This document shows positions 30,110 through 40,203 of a stretch of 64,000 nucleotides of DNA, piece by piece; positions within the stretch are counted from its first letter, which is position 1; each line of letters opens with the position of its first letter. The notes beneath the pieces were generated by a model, which was not told the origin of the DNA, did no database searches, and saw only the letters and a list, made by a program, of their open reading frames with translations. Source of the DNA: an uncultured Pelagibacteraceae bacterium (GTDB lineage Bacteria > Pseudomonadota > Alphaproteobacteria > Pelagibacterales > Pelagibacteraceae); contig CACPBW010000001.1 of assembly GCA_902632275.1 (NCBI GenBank), positions 12,111 through 76,110 on the forward strand, written 5' to 3'. A program made the translations under genes and the position numbers.

Positions 30110-31120
30110 ATGTTTAAAAAAATATCTTTATTTTTAACTTCATTAGTATTTATCCTAACGACAATTGGATCGGCTTATGCTGTTACTTTAAAGGCGAGTC
30201 ATCAATGGCCTGGTACACCTAGAGCTGATGGTTCTTATGATCCAAGACATGAAATGGTACAGATAATTGCTGATGAAATGAAAAAAGCAAATGTAGGAGT
30301 CGATATCAGAATTTATCCTGCAAAATCACTTTATAAACCAAAAGAACAGTGGAAACCAATGACAACAGGTCAATTGGATATTTCTGCTTTTCCATTAGCG
30401 TATGCATCTAAGTTTCATCCAGAATTTGATGCAACTTTAATGCCAGGAACAGTTAAAAATCACGATCATGCATTGAGATTTAATAAAGGTCCAATGATGA
30501 CTGAGATTAAAAAAATTATTAATGACGCTGGTGTAGTTGTATTATCTGACGCTTGGTTAGGCGGAGGTTTTGCATCTAAAACAAAATGCATTAAAAATCC
30601 TAGTGATGCTAAAGGGCAAGTTATGAGAGCAGCTGGTAAAGCATTTAACCAAATGTTAGAGGCAGCTGGCGCAGGTATACAAAGTATGCCATCATCTGAA
30701 ATTTATACTGGTCTTCAAACTGGAGTACTTACTGGTGCAAATACTAGTTCAGGAAGTTTTGTAAGTTATAAGATTTATGAACAAGTAACTTGTGCAACTC
30801 CTCCAGGTAAGTTTGGATTATGGTTTATGTACGAGCCAATTTTAATGTCAAAAATGAGTTTCGATAAATTAAACTCTAAACAACAAGATGCTTTAATGAA
30901 AGCTGGAAAAGTTGCAGAAAAATATATGACTGCTCAAGTCGAAAATTTAGATAAAAAATTTGAAGACGCTTACAAAGCAGCAGGTGTAAAATTAGTATAT
31001 ATGAATGCAAAAGATCATGCAGCTTGGGTTGAGATTGCTAAGAAATCTTCTCACAAAGCATTTGCTGAAAAAGTTCCAGGTGGCGATAAGCTAATGGAAA
31101 TGGCTTTATCAGTTAAATAA
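30110..31120 (+). CDS. dctP: TRAP transporter substrate-binding protein (DctP family)
   Basis: Signal peptide, IYPAKSL, GQLDI, MRAAG (conserved Arg), MPSSEIYTGLQTG. Confidence 0.88.
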   Translation: MFKKISLFLTSLVFILTTIGSAYAVTLKASHQWPGTPRADGSYDPRHEMVQIIADEMKKANVGVDIRIYPAKSLYKPKEQWKPMTTGQLDISAFPLAYASKFHPEFDATLMPGTVKNHDHALRFNKGPMMTEIKKIINDAGVVVLSDAWLGGGFASKTKCIKNPSDAKGQVMRAAGKAFNQMLEAAGAGIQSMPSSEIYTGLQTGVLTGANTSSGSFVSYKIYEQVTCATPPGKFGLWFMYEPILMSKMSFDKLNSKQQDALMKAGKVAEKYMTAQVENLDKKFEDAYKAAGVKLVYMNAKDHAAWVEIAKKSSHKAFAEKVPGGDKLMEMALSVK

Positions 31121-31137
31121 AAAAATATATAAAGAAG

Positions 31138-31170
31138 AACCCCTATTTAATTTCAAATAGGGGTTTTTTT
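31138..31170 (+). terminator. Rho-independent terminator-like hairpin between dctP and dctQ
   Basis: AACCCCTATTT-aatttc-AAATAGGGGTT followed by a T-run that ends at the dctQ ATG. Confidence 0.7.
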
Positions 31171-31665
31171 ATGAAAAAAAAGTATTTAAAGTTTTGTAAT
31201 CTTGTTGCCCAGGCTTGCGGGGCTTTTGCTGTTTTAGCATTATTATTATCAATCTTAGTTATTGTAGAATTAGTATTCGAAAGATACTTTTTCCAAAGAG
31301 CAATTACATGGCAAACAGAATTGGTTACAATGCTTTTAGTTGCATCGACATTTATTGGAAGCGCATATGTTCTAAGTGAAAAGGCACATGTTAGTATGGA
31401 ATGGATATATGATTTTTTATCTAATAAAAATATTATTAGATTAAAAATTTTTACATCCTTTTTAAGTTTACTTTTCTTCCTAATACTATTTTATTTTGGT
31501 TTTTTAATGGTTGAGGAAGCATTTACAAAAAATTACTCAACAGGAACTGTTTGGGATCCCCCACTTTGGATACCGTATTCTTCAATGATGATAGGAGCCA
31601 TTTTGATGATACTCCAATACATAGCAGAAATTATGAAATTAATTGATGATAAGGATTATAATTAA
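31171..31665 (+). CDS. dctQ: TRAP small permease
   Basis: 4 TM helices, RYFF...WQTEL, AYVL..AHVSM. Confidence 0.85.
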   Translation: MKKKYLKFCNLVAQACGAFAVLALLLSILVIVELVFERYFFQRAITWQTELVTMLLVASTFIGSAYVLSEKAHVSMEWIYDFLSNKNIIRLKIFTSFLSLLFFLILFYFGFLMVEEAFTKNYSTGTVWDPPLWIPYSSMMIGAILMILQYIAEIMKLIDDKDYN

Positions 31666-32996
31666 TGGATCCATTAATAATAGCATTGATCGTTGCAGTT
31701 TTTACTTTGATAGTTCTTTTCTCTGGTATCCCAATAGCTTTTGGTTTGAGTTTCGTATCGATAGCGTTATTGGTTTCTTTTGAAGGTTTTCAAATGCTTG
31801 ATGTTTTTGCCGAAACATTTTATGCAGGTTTAAATTCTTTTGTTCTACTTTCAATCCCCATGTTTATTTTAATGGGAATGGCAGTAGCGAACTCACCAGC
31901 GGGTAAGGATTTATACATTGGTTTAGATAGATGGTTATGGAGAGTACCAGGTGGATTAGTTATTTCTAATATAGGTGCATGTTCAATTTTTGCTGCTTTA
32001 AGTGGCTCAAGTCCAGCTACCTGTGCAGCAATTGGAACAATGGGTATACCTGAAATGAGGAAGAGAGGATATTCAGATCAAATTGCTACGGGAACTATTG
32101 CTGCTGGAGGAACTTTAGGAGTTTTAATTCCACCAAGCATAGTTTTAATAGTTTATGGTATTGCAACTGGAACTTCTATTGGAAGATTATTTTTATGTGG
32201 CTTAATACCTGGATTCATGCTTGCAGGTATGTTTGCAATATGGGCATTAATTCACAGTTACTTTATTGATAAAGATGCTGCTAAAGCTTTAAAGAATAGA
32301 AAACGTCCTACATTAAAAGAAAAACTTGAGGTTTTACCAAGAATTTTTCCTTTTTTAGCAATCATTGCTGGAGTTTTATATGTTTTATACGGAGGAGTTG
32401 CAACTCCATCTGAAGCTTCAGGCGTTGGAGCATTCTTAGTTTTTGTTATGATAGCAGTTGTCTATAAAATTTATCAACCAAAAAAAATATGGAACATAGT
32501 TAAAGTTTCAATGAAAGAAAGTGTAATGATAATGTTCATCATTGCAGCATCCTACCTTTTTGCATTTACTCTTTCACAACTCTATGTAACACAATCTTTA
32601 GCTCAGAGTATGGTAGAGCTCAGCTCAAACAAATGGGTTATATTTATTTTAATAAATATATTTCTATTAATCGCTGGTTTCTTTTTACCTCCAGTTGCAG
32701 TCATTGTTATGACTTCAGCAATTTTATTACCAGTTATTACTACCCTCGGTTTCGATCCTTATTGGTTCGCTATTGTATTTACAATTAATATGGAGATTGG
32801 ATTGATTACTCCACCTGTAGGTCTAAATCTCTATATAATTAAAGGTATAACACCCGATGTTAGTTTAAAGGAAATTCTAAAAGGATCTGTGCCTTTTATG
32901 ATAATAATGGCATTAGCAATCCTAATACTGTGTATTTTTCCAGAAATTGTTACATGGTTACCTGATAAAGTAATGGGTAAAGCTCTTGGATATTAA
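31665..32996 (+). CDS. dctM: TRAP large permease
   Basis: GIPIAF, SIPMFILMG, FAALSGSS, GGTLGVLIPPS, TPSEA, ITPPVGLNL. Confidence 0.93.
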   Translation: MDPLIIALIVAVFTLIVLFSGIPIAFGLSFVSIALLVSFEGFQMLDVFAETFYAGLNSFVLLSIPMFILMGMAVANSPAGKDLYIGLDRWLWRVPGGLVISNIGACSIFAALSGSSPATCAAIGTMGIPEMRKRGYSDQIATGTIAAGGTLGVLIPPSIVLIVYGIATGTSIGRLFLCGLIPGFMLAGMFAIWALIHSYFIDKDAAKALKNRKRPTLKEKLEVLPRIFPFLAIIAGVLYVLYGGVATPSEASGVGAFLVFVMIAVVYKIYQPKKIWNIVKVSMKESVMIMFIIAASYLFAFTLSQLYVTQSLAQSMVELSSNKWVIFILINIFLLIAGFFLPPVAVIVMTSAILLPVITTLGFDPYWFAIVFTINMEIGLITPPVGLNLYIIKGITPDVSLKEILKGSVPFMIIMALAILILCIFPEIVTWLPDKVMGKALGY

Positions 32997-33990
32997 AAAA
33001 AAAATTAATAGAAAAATTTCAGTTGCTCCCATGATGGATTGTACCGACCGTCATGATAGATATTTCTTAAGACTTATAAGTAAAAATGTAATGCTTTACT
33101 CAGAAATGGTTGTTACTAAAGCAGTATTACGCGGTGATAAACATAAATTACTTATGTTTAATGACTTGGAAAAACCATTAGCTTTACAAGTTGGTGGTTC
33201 TGATAAAAAAGAACTAGCAGAAGTTGCCAAAATTGCTGAGGATTATGGTTATGATGAGATTAATATAAATTTAGGTTGTCCTAGTAAAAAGGTTCAAAAA
33301 AACTCTTTTGGTGCTTGTTTAATGAAAGAACCAGACCTTGTATCCGAATGTTTGGCTGAGATGAAAAATTGCTGCAATATTCCAGTTACTGCCAAAACTA
33401 GAATAGGGTTTGATGATACAGAGGAATTTGATTATTTAAATATGTTTGTAAATAAAATGAAACAAACTGGGTGCAAAACTATAATTTTACATGCTCGAAA
33501 AGCAATACTAAAAGGTCTAACTCCAAAGCAAAATTTAAATATTCCAAAATTAAACTATAGAATGGTTTATGAAATTAAGAAATCAAATCCAGATTTAGAA
33601 ATTATAATTAATGGAGGAATTACCACTATAGATCAAATCAAAAACCATTTAAATTATTGTGATGGTGTAATGATTGGTAGAGCGATTTACCAAAATCCAT
33701 ATTTTTTAAAAGATATTGAGAGAGAAATATTCAATAATTCAAACGTATCATCGAGAGAAGATGTTGTTAAACATATTTTAGAATATCTTGAAAAAGAAAT
33801 TAAAACTGGAACCAAAGTAAATCAAGTAATGAGACATACTGTTGGACTTTATTATGGTCAACCAGGTTCGAAAGAATGGAAAAAATATTTGAGCGACAAT
33901 ATGATGGCAAGAGATTCTGATTTTCAAAAAGCAAAACATATTATGGATATTGCTCAAAATAATGAAAAAGCAAATCAATTAACTGCCTGA
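32986..33990 (+). CDS. dusA: tRNA dihydrouridine synthase A
   Basis: SVAPMMDCTDRH, LQVGGS, NLGCPS, FGACLM, HARKA, INGGI, GVMIGRA. Confidence 0.92.
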   Translation: MDIKKKINRKISVAPMMDCTDRHDRYFLRLISKNVMLYSEMVVTKAVLRGDKHKLLMFNDLEKPLALQVGGSDKKELAEVAKIAEDYGYDEININLGCPSKKVQKNSFGACLMKEPDLVSECLAEMKNCCNIPVTAKTRIGFDDTEEFDYLNMFVNKMKQTGCKTIILHARKAILKGLTPKQNLNIPKLNYRMVYEIKKSNPDLEIIINGGITTIDQIKNHLNYCDGVMIGRAIYQNPYFLKDIEREIFNNSNVSSREDVVKHILEYLEKEIKTGTKVNQVMRHTVGLYYGQPGSKEWKKYLSDNMMARDSDFQKAKHIMDIAQNNEKANQLTA

Positions 33991-34826
33991 TGGAAAATAT
34001 AGATTCAGGGATCATATTAAATCTTTTAACAGTATTAGCTATTGCCGCAGCGGTTGCCGGTTTTATGGCAGGATTACTTGGAGTAGGGGGAGGTATAATA
34101 ATGGTTCCTGCTCTCTATTACGCATTCAGTGTTCTTGACTTTGACATTGTTACAAGAATGCATTTGTCTGTTGGAACTTCTCTTGCAATTATTATTCCAA
34201 CATCAATAATTTCAACAAAAACACATATGGAGTATGATGCTGTAGATTTTAAAATGGTTAAAACTTTCGGTATTTTAATTGTACTAGGGGTTTTGGTCGG
34301 AACATTTTTGGCAGTAAATTTAAAAACTTCAGCATTAGTTTTATTCTTTGCGATCTTTTCATGTTTTGTGGGATTATTTTTTATTTTTCTAAGAGAAAAG
34401 CTTGTTGAAAGTCCAAAAAAAATATCAAATACAATTAAAAATATTTCAGGTTTATTAATTGGTTTTATTTCAGTGCCTTTAGGTATTGGTGGCGGTTCAT
34501 TAATGGTACCATTCATGAGAACCTTTGGATATGATATTAGAAAATCTATCGGCACTGCTGCAGCAGTTGGATTTTTAATAGCAGTTACAGGCACCACCAC
34601 AATGATAATAGGTGGAAATATTATTGATAATGTTAATACACCATATAGCGTTGGTTATATAAATCTTTTAGGGTTTGCTGTATTCGTGCCAGTAACAATG
34701 GTTATGGCAAGAATAGGCGCAAAGGTTGTGTATAAAATTGACAAAAAATTATTAAGTAGAATATTTGGCTGTTTTTTATTAATTGTATCTGCTAGATCGT
34801 TCTTTGAATACTTTAGTATAACTTAA
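33990..34826 (+). CDS. TauE/SafE (sulfite exporter/TSUP) family protein, copy 1
   Basis: AGLLGVGGG, GTSLA, LGIGGGS, GTAAA, SVGYIN. Confidence 0.88.
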   Translation: MENIDSGIILNLLTVLAIAAAVAGFMAGLLGVGGGIIMVPALYYAFSVLDFDIVTRMHLSVGTSLAIIIPTSIISTKTHMEYDAVDFKMVKTFGILIVLGVLVGTFLAVNLKTSALVLFFAIFSCFVGLFFIFLREKLVESPKKISNTIKNISGLLIGFISVPLGIGGGSLMVPFMRTFGYDIRKSIGTAAAVGFLIAVTGTTTMIIGGNIIDNVNTPYSVGYINLLGFAVFVPVTMVMARIGAKVVYKIDKKLLSRIFGCFLLIVSARSFFEYFSIT

Positions 34827-34839
34827 TAAAAAGGTTTTT

Positions 34840-35673
34840 CTGTCACTAACATATTTAATCAATGAATATTGGTACTTCTTACTACTAATAATATTTGCAG
34901 CAACTGCAGTTGGTTTTTTTGCAGGTTTATTTGGTATCGGTGGTGGTTTAATTTCTGTTCCTTGCCTCTTTTTTATCTTTGAAACGTTAAATTTCGATAA
35001 AAATTATTTGATGCATTTAACTGTGGGAACAGCATTTACTATAACTATTTTTACGTCAACAGTTTCAGTAATTACACACCACAAAAATAAACTTGTAGAT
35101 TTAAGCGTTGTTAAAACTTTTGGTATATTCGTTGTTATTGGAGTTCTGATAGGTACTACTTTTGCATCAGTTATGAAAACTAAGATGTTAGTTCTATTTT
35201 TTTCAATTGTAGTATATGTATTTGGAGCCTATTTAATGTTGGCGCGAGAAAAGATTAATAAAATTAAGCCTAATTCATCACTATCTCCACGCATTTTTTT
35301 TGGTTTGGTGTCTGGATTTATTTCAGCACCAATGGGTATTACAGGCGCGATGATGAATGTGCCTATATTAAGATATTTAGGTTACCCTATAAGCAAATGT
35401 ATAGGAAGCGCTGCAGCAATTGGTTTTTTTATATCTTTTACTGGATCAATAGGTTTTTTAATTTCTGGATTTTATTTTGATGTAAATTTACCTTTTAGTA
35501 TTGGTTTTATTAACATTCCTGCTTTTATTCTCTTTGTACCGATTACAAGTTTTATGGCAAGAGTAGGAGCGAATACAGTTTATAAAATGGATAAATTAAA
35601 AGCTCAAAGATTGTTTGGAGTTTTTTTATATACTGTAGGAACAATATTTATTTATAGATATTTTAATATTTAA
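34840..35673 (+). CDS. TauE/SafE family protein, copy 2 (probable CTG start)
   Basis: Frame is open upstream of 35008 and encodes AVGFFAGLFGIGGGLISVP; no in-frame ATG/GTG/TTG there; CTG 34840 lies 5 nt after AAGG and gives 277 aa. Confidence 0.75.
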   Translation: MSLTYLINEYWYFLLLIIFAATAVGFFAGLFGIGGGLISVPCLFFIFETLNFDKNYLMHLTVGTAFTITIFTSTVSVITHHKNKLVDLSVVKTFGIFVVIGVLIGTTFASVMKTKMLVLFFSIVVYVFGAYLMLAREKINKIKPNSSLSPRIFFGLVSGFISAPMGITGAMMNVPILRYLGYPISKCIGSAAAIGFFISFTGSIGFLISGFYFDVNLPFSIGFINIPAFILFVPITSFMARVGANTVYKMDKLKAQRLFGVFLYTVGTIFIYRYFNI

Positions 35674-37119
35674 TTAAATTTTTTGATCGTATTTACCAAT
35701 CTTGCCGGTTTGTTGTAAAAGATTATCAATAAAATCAAAAATTTCTTTTTTAATTTTATCTGAAGTCGGACTTTCAGTAACTATAACTAGTGAAGGTTTA
35801 TTTGATGAAGCTCTTATTAATCCCCAAGACCCATCTTTTAGAGTAAATCTTATACCGTTTACTGTCAAAATATCTATTATCTCTTGGCCTTCAATTTTTA
35901 TATTTTTTTCTTTTAAGTTTTTTATTTTTAAAGTTATATCATCTATGACATCATATTTTTCATTATCTTTACAAAAGGGACCCATAGTAGGACTTTGAAA
36001 TGTTTTTGGTAAAGCATTGATTAAAACATCTAAATATTCATTTTGATTGTCTAATAATTTACATACTTGAATGGCGGAGTTAATACCATCATCATATCCA
36101 TATCCTAGTGGTTTACTAAAAAAGAAATGACCACTTTTTTCAAATCCAGCTATTGCATTGTCTTCATTTACCTTTCTTTTAATATATGAATGACCTGTCT
36201 TCCAATAAATAGTTTCACAGTTATTTTTTTTTAAAATCTCATCTTTCATAAATAATCCTGTTGATTTAACATCCACAACAAACTTTGAATTTTTATGAGA
36301 GTTAGAAATGTCTCTTGCAATTAATAAACCAATTTTATCTGCAAATATTTCATTTCCCTTATTGTCTATTACACCAACTCTATCTCCATCTCCATCAAAC
36401 CCAAAACCAACATCTGCTTTATTTTCTCTAACACATTTAGCGATTTCATGAAGCATCTCCATATCCTCTGGATTAGGGTTATACCTTGGAAAAGTATAAT
36501 CTAAATTACAATCTAATTCTATTACATCACAACCTATACCTCTTAAAATATCTGGGGCAAAAATACCAGCAGTGCCGTTTCCACAAGCTGCCACTACCTT
36601 TAGTTTTTTCTTAATTTTATTTTGTGATAGTTCATGAATGTAAGTTTTATTAAAATCTTTCACTTCTTCATATTTTCCAGATCCTTTTGAAAATTTTTCA
36701 TTCATTACAATATCTTTTAGATCTGACATTTCATCCTTGCAATGAGTTAATCCTTTTTCAATACCCATTTTTATTCCTGTCCATCCGTTTTCATTATGAC
36801 TTGCAGTTATCATTGCTACTGCATCTGAATTTAATTTAAATTGAGAAAAATATACCGTAGGTGAGAGACACAAACCTATATCTTTTACGTTGCAACCTGT
36901 TGACAATAGCCCTTTAACAAAATTTTTTTTTACATTTTCACTATATGATCTATAATCATGCCCAACTATTACTGTTGGATTTTTTATTTTTGAAATAACT
37001 TGAGTCCCAAATCCCTTTCCAACTGAATCGATTCCCTCCTCATTAATGCTTTCTGGAAATAACCACCTTGCGTCATATTCTCTAAAACCTAAGGGATCTA
37101 TTTTTTTAAGATTAGACAT
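35674..37119 (-). CDS. Phosphomannomutase/phosphoglucomutase
   Basis: FREYDAR, ITASHN phosphoserine motif, FDGDGDR, GFEKSGH, RASSN. Confidence 0.92.
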   Translation of the reverse strand: MSNLKKIDPLGFREYDARWLFPESINEEGIDSVGKGFGTQVISKIKNPTVIVGHDYRSYSENVKKNFVKGLLSTGCNVKDIGLCLSPTVYFSQFKLNSDAVAMITASHNENGWTGIKMGIEKGLTHCKDEMSDLKDIVMNEKFSKGSGKYEEVKDFNKTYIHELSQNKIKKKLKVVAACGNGTAGIFAPDILRGIGCDVIELDCNLDYTFPRYNPNPEDMEMLHEIAKCVRENKADVGFGFDGDGDRVGVIDNKGNEIFADKIGLLIARDISNSHKNSKFVVDVKSTGLFMKDEILKKNNCETIYWKTGHSYIKRKVNEDNAIAGFEKSGHFFFSKPLGYGYDDGINSAIQVCKLLDNQNEYLDVLINALPKTFQSPTMGPFCKDNEKYDVIDDITLKIKNLKEKNIKIEGQEIIDILTVNGIRFTLKDGSWGLIRASSNKPSLVIVTESPTSDKIKKEIFDFIDNLLQQTGKIGKYDQKI

Positions 37120-37194
37120 GTTGATATTTGTATATTTTTTTTAATTTTTTATTGCTAAATTTTTTATTATGTTCTATAAATGTTCTGTTGATTT

Positions 37195-37241
37195 TTAATT
37201 CATATAGTGTATTAAAGATATCTTCATACAACATGTAGTTG
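37195..37241 (+). promoter_or_regulatory. Tandem NrdR boxes upstream of nrdA
   Basis: ATACAACATGTAGTTG (37226-37241) fits the core CwAnATnTwG; TTAATTCATATAGTGT (37195-37210) has a perfect right half; the starts are 31 bp apart, a typical NrdR spacing. Confidence 0.7.
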
Positions 37242-37263
37242 TTTAACAAATTTTAAGGGATTT

Positions 37264-39204
37264 ATGAACAAATTAGTATCTCAGGCAATAAAGAAAGCTG
37301 TCTCAGAATATAGCAATAACAACCAAGAGTTGATTAATAAGGATAAAAGACCAGATTTATTCTCCTTAAATAATAACACTGAATTATTTCAAAACTCTAG
37401 AGGCATAACTATCAAAATAGACAGATCAAGAGATAGTAATTTAACAGATTTTGGTAAAGCAACTTTAAGCGATAGATATTTGGGTGAAAATGAGTCATTC
37501 CAAGATCTATTTGCAAGGGTTGCGAGTCATTATGCAGATGACAATTTACATGCACAAAGACTTTACAATTACATAAGCCAACTTTGGTTCATGCCAGCAA
37601 CACCAGTTTTATCTAACGGAGGGACAACAAGGGGTCTTCCTATTTCATGTTTTCTCAACGAAGCAGGAGATAGCCTAAACGGAATTTTAGATTTATGGAG
37701 TGAAAATGTTTGGCTAGCAGCTAGAGGAGGAGGAATTGGAAGTTACTGGGGTAACCTTAGATCTATCGGTGAAAAAATTGGAAGAGTGGGTAAGACTTCC
37801 GGAATAATTCCATTTATTAAAGTTATGGACTCTTTGACAATGGCAATAAGCCAAGGTTCTTTGAGAAGAGGATCGGCAGCATGCTATCTACCAATTGATC
37901 ATCCAGAAATTGAAGAGTTTATTGAAATGAGAAGACCTACAGGAGGTGACCCAAACAGAAAAGCTTTAAACTTACATCATGGAGTTTTGGTATCAGATGC
38001 GTTTATGCGAGCAGTAGAGATGGATGAACAGTGGGCGTTAAAAAGTCCAAAAGATGGAGCTGTTCAAGCAACCGTATCAGCAAGAAATTTATGGATTAGA
38101 CTTCTAACAGCTAGAATCGAAACTGGTGAACCATATATAATTTATATAGATACAGTTAATAGAATGATCCCGCAACATCATAAGCTTGCAGGTTTAACTG
38201 TTAAGACATCAAATCTTTGTAGCGAAATTACTTTACCGACTGGTGTTGATAAAGAGGGTAGAGATAGAACTGCAGTATGTTGTTTGTCCTCTTTAAACGT
38301 AGAAAAATATGATGAATGGAAAGATGATGAAAATTTTATTGGTGATGTAATGAGATTTTTAGACAATGTTCTTACTGATTTTATTGAAAATGCACCAGAA
38401 CAATTTAGTGATGCAACATACTCTGCGTTAAAAGAAAGAAGTGTTGGATTGGGTGTAATGGGACTCCATTCATTTTTTCAAAAGAAAATGATTCCGTTAG
38501 AATCTGTTATGAGTAAAGCTTGGAATAAAAAGATTTTTGAACACATTCATAGACATGTCGATAAAGCATCAAAAGATTTAGCTGAAGAAAGAGGACCTTG
38601 TCCTGACGCAGCTGAGTATGGAATTAATGAAAGATTTTCAAATAAAACTGCTATTGCTCCAACAGCATCTATTTCTATTATTTGTGGTGGAACATCACCA
38701 GGTGTTGAACCTATAGCTGCTAATAGTTATACGCATAAAACCTTATCTGGATCATTTAATGTGAGGAATAGACATTTAAAACAAATCCTTGCTAAATACG
38801 ATAAAGATAATGATGAAGTTTGGTCAAGTATTACAACTAATCAAGGATCTGTTTCACATTTAGATTTCTTAAATCAAAATGAAAAAGATGTATTTAAAAC
38901 AGCTTTTGAGCTAGATCAAAAATGGATAATAGAATTGAGCGCTGATAGAACACCTCATATATCTCAAGCTCAATCAATTAATATATTTTTACCTGCAGAT
39001 GTGCATAAAAAAGAACTACATCAAATTCACTTTCAAGCCTGGAAAAAAGGATTGAAAAGCTTGTATTATTGTAGGTCAAAATCAATACAACGTGCTGAAA
39101 ATGTTAATGATGCGAAATCAACTGATATTACAGCTAACGTTTACAAATCTAACAAACAACAAGACAGTCAACCAGAATACGAGGAGTGTTTATCATGTCA
39201 GTAA
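37264..39204 (+). CDS. nrdA: Class I ribonucleotide reductase alpha subunit (no ATP-cone evident)
   Basis: ATPVLSN, PISCFL, SNLCSEI (NxCxE), CCLSSLN, AIAPTAS, KSLYY, C-terminal CLSCQ. Confidence 0.95.
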   Translation: MNKLVSQAIKKAVSEYSNNNQELINKDKRPDLFSLNNNTELFQNSRGITIKIDRSRDSNLTDFGKATLSDRYLGENESFQDLFARVASHYADDNLHAQRLYNYISQLWFMPATPVLSNGGTTRGLPISCFLNEAGDSLNGILDLWSENVWLAARGGGIGSYWGNLRSIGEKIGRVGKTSGIIPFIKVMDSLTMAISQGSLRRGSAACYLPIDHPEIEEFIEMRRPTGGDPNRKALNLHHGVLVSDAFMRAVEMDEQWALKSPKDGAVQATVSARNLWIRLLTARIETGEPYIIYIDTVNRMIPQHHKLAGLTVKTSNLCSEITLPTGVDKEGRDRTAVCCLSSLNVEKYDEWKDDENFIGDVMRFLDNVLTDFIENAPEQFSDATYSALKERSVGLGVMGLHSFFQKKMIPLESVMSKAWNKKIFEHIHRHVDKASKDLAEERGPCPDAAEYGINERFSNKTAIAPTASISIICGGTSPGVEPIAANSYTHKTLSGSFNVRNRHLKQILAKYDKDNDEVWSSITTNQGSVSHLDFLNQNEKDVFKTAFELDQKWIIELSADRTPHISQAQSINIFLPADVHKKELHQIHFQAWKKGLKSLYYCRSKSIQRAENVNDAKSTDITANVYKSNKQQDSQPEYEECLSCQ

Positions 39205-40202
39205 TAAAACAAGAAAAAAAAGAAATTATTCAACCAAAAAAAATGGGTCTATTAGTAGAAAACCCAGTTTATAAACCGTTCAGATATCCTTGGTGTTACG
39301 ATGCATGGTTAACACAACAAAGAATTCACTGGCTTCCAGAAGAGGTGCCTTTAGGAGATGATGTAAGAGATTGGCAAAAAAACTTATCTCAAGCAGAAAA
39401 AAATTTACTAACGCAGATTTTTAGATTTTTTACTCAAGCGGATGTTGAAGTAAATAACTGCTATTTAAGACATTACACAACAGTTTTTAAACCTACAGAA
39501 GTATTAATGATGATGACTGCCTTTGCAGCAATGGAGACAGTTCACATCGCTGCTTACTCACATTTATTAGATACAATTGGAATGCCGGAGTCAGAATACT
39601 CTGCATTTATGAAATATAAAGAGATGAAAGATAAATACGATTATATGCAAAATTTTAATGTAAATTCAAAAGAAGATATTGCAAAAACTGTTGCAGTATT
39701 CAGCGCTTTCACTGAAGGACTTCAGCTTTTCGCAAGTTTTGCAATTCTCTTAAACTTCCCAAGATTTAATAAAATGAAAGGTATGGGTCAAATCGTAACT
39801 TGGTCAGTTAGAGATGAAACACTTCATTGCAATTCAATGATAAGAATATTTAAAGAGTTCATAAAAGAAAATCCAGAAGTTTGGACGCCACAACTTAAAA
39901 AAGAACTTTATGAAGCGTGCAGAACAATTATTGAGCATGAAGATGCTTTTATTGATCTAGCTTTTGAAATGGGACCTATGCAAGGACTTACTGCCCAAGA
40001 GGTAAAAGACTATATTAGGTTTATTGGTAATAGAAGACTGTCTCAACTTGGTCTGGAACCAATTTATAAAGTTGATAAAAACCCTCTTACCTGGTTAGAC
40101 ACAATGCTCAATGCTGTTGAACACATGAACTTCTTTGAAGGGAGAGCAACAGAGTACTCAAAAGCATCAACCAGAGGAAATTGGACAGAAGCATTTTCTT
40201 AA
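39195..40202 (+). CDS. nrdB: Class I ribonucleotide reductase beta subunit
   Basis: HWLPEEV, FFTQAD, ETVH..AY (radical Tyr), EGLQLF, RDETLH, NFFE; ATG 39195 follows a GAGGAG SD. Confidence 0.95.
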   Translation: MSVIKQEKKEIIQPKKMGLLVENPVYKPFRYPWCYDAWLTQQRIHWLPEEVPLGDDVRDWQKNLSQAEKNLLTQIFRFFTQADVEVNNCYLRHYTTVFKPTEVLMMMTAFAAMETVHIAAYSHLLDTIGMPESEYSAFMKYKEMKDKYDYMQNFNVNSKEDIAKTVAVFSAFTEGLQLFASFAILLNFPRFNKMKGMGQIVTWSVRDETLHCNSMIRIFKEFIKENPEVWTPQLKKELYEACRTIIEHEDAFIDLAFEMGPMQGLTAQEVKDYIRFIGNRRLSQLGLEPIYKVDKNPLTWLDTMLNAVEHMNFFEGRATEYSKASTRGNWTEAFS

Positions 40203-40203
40203 T

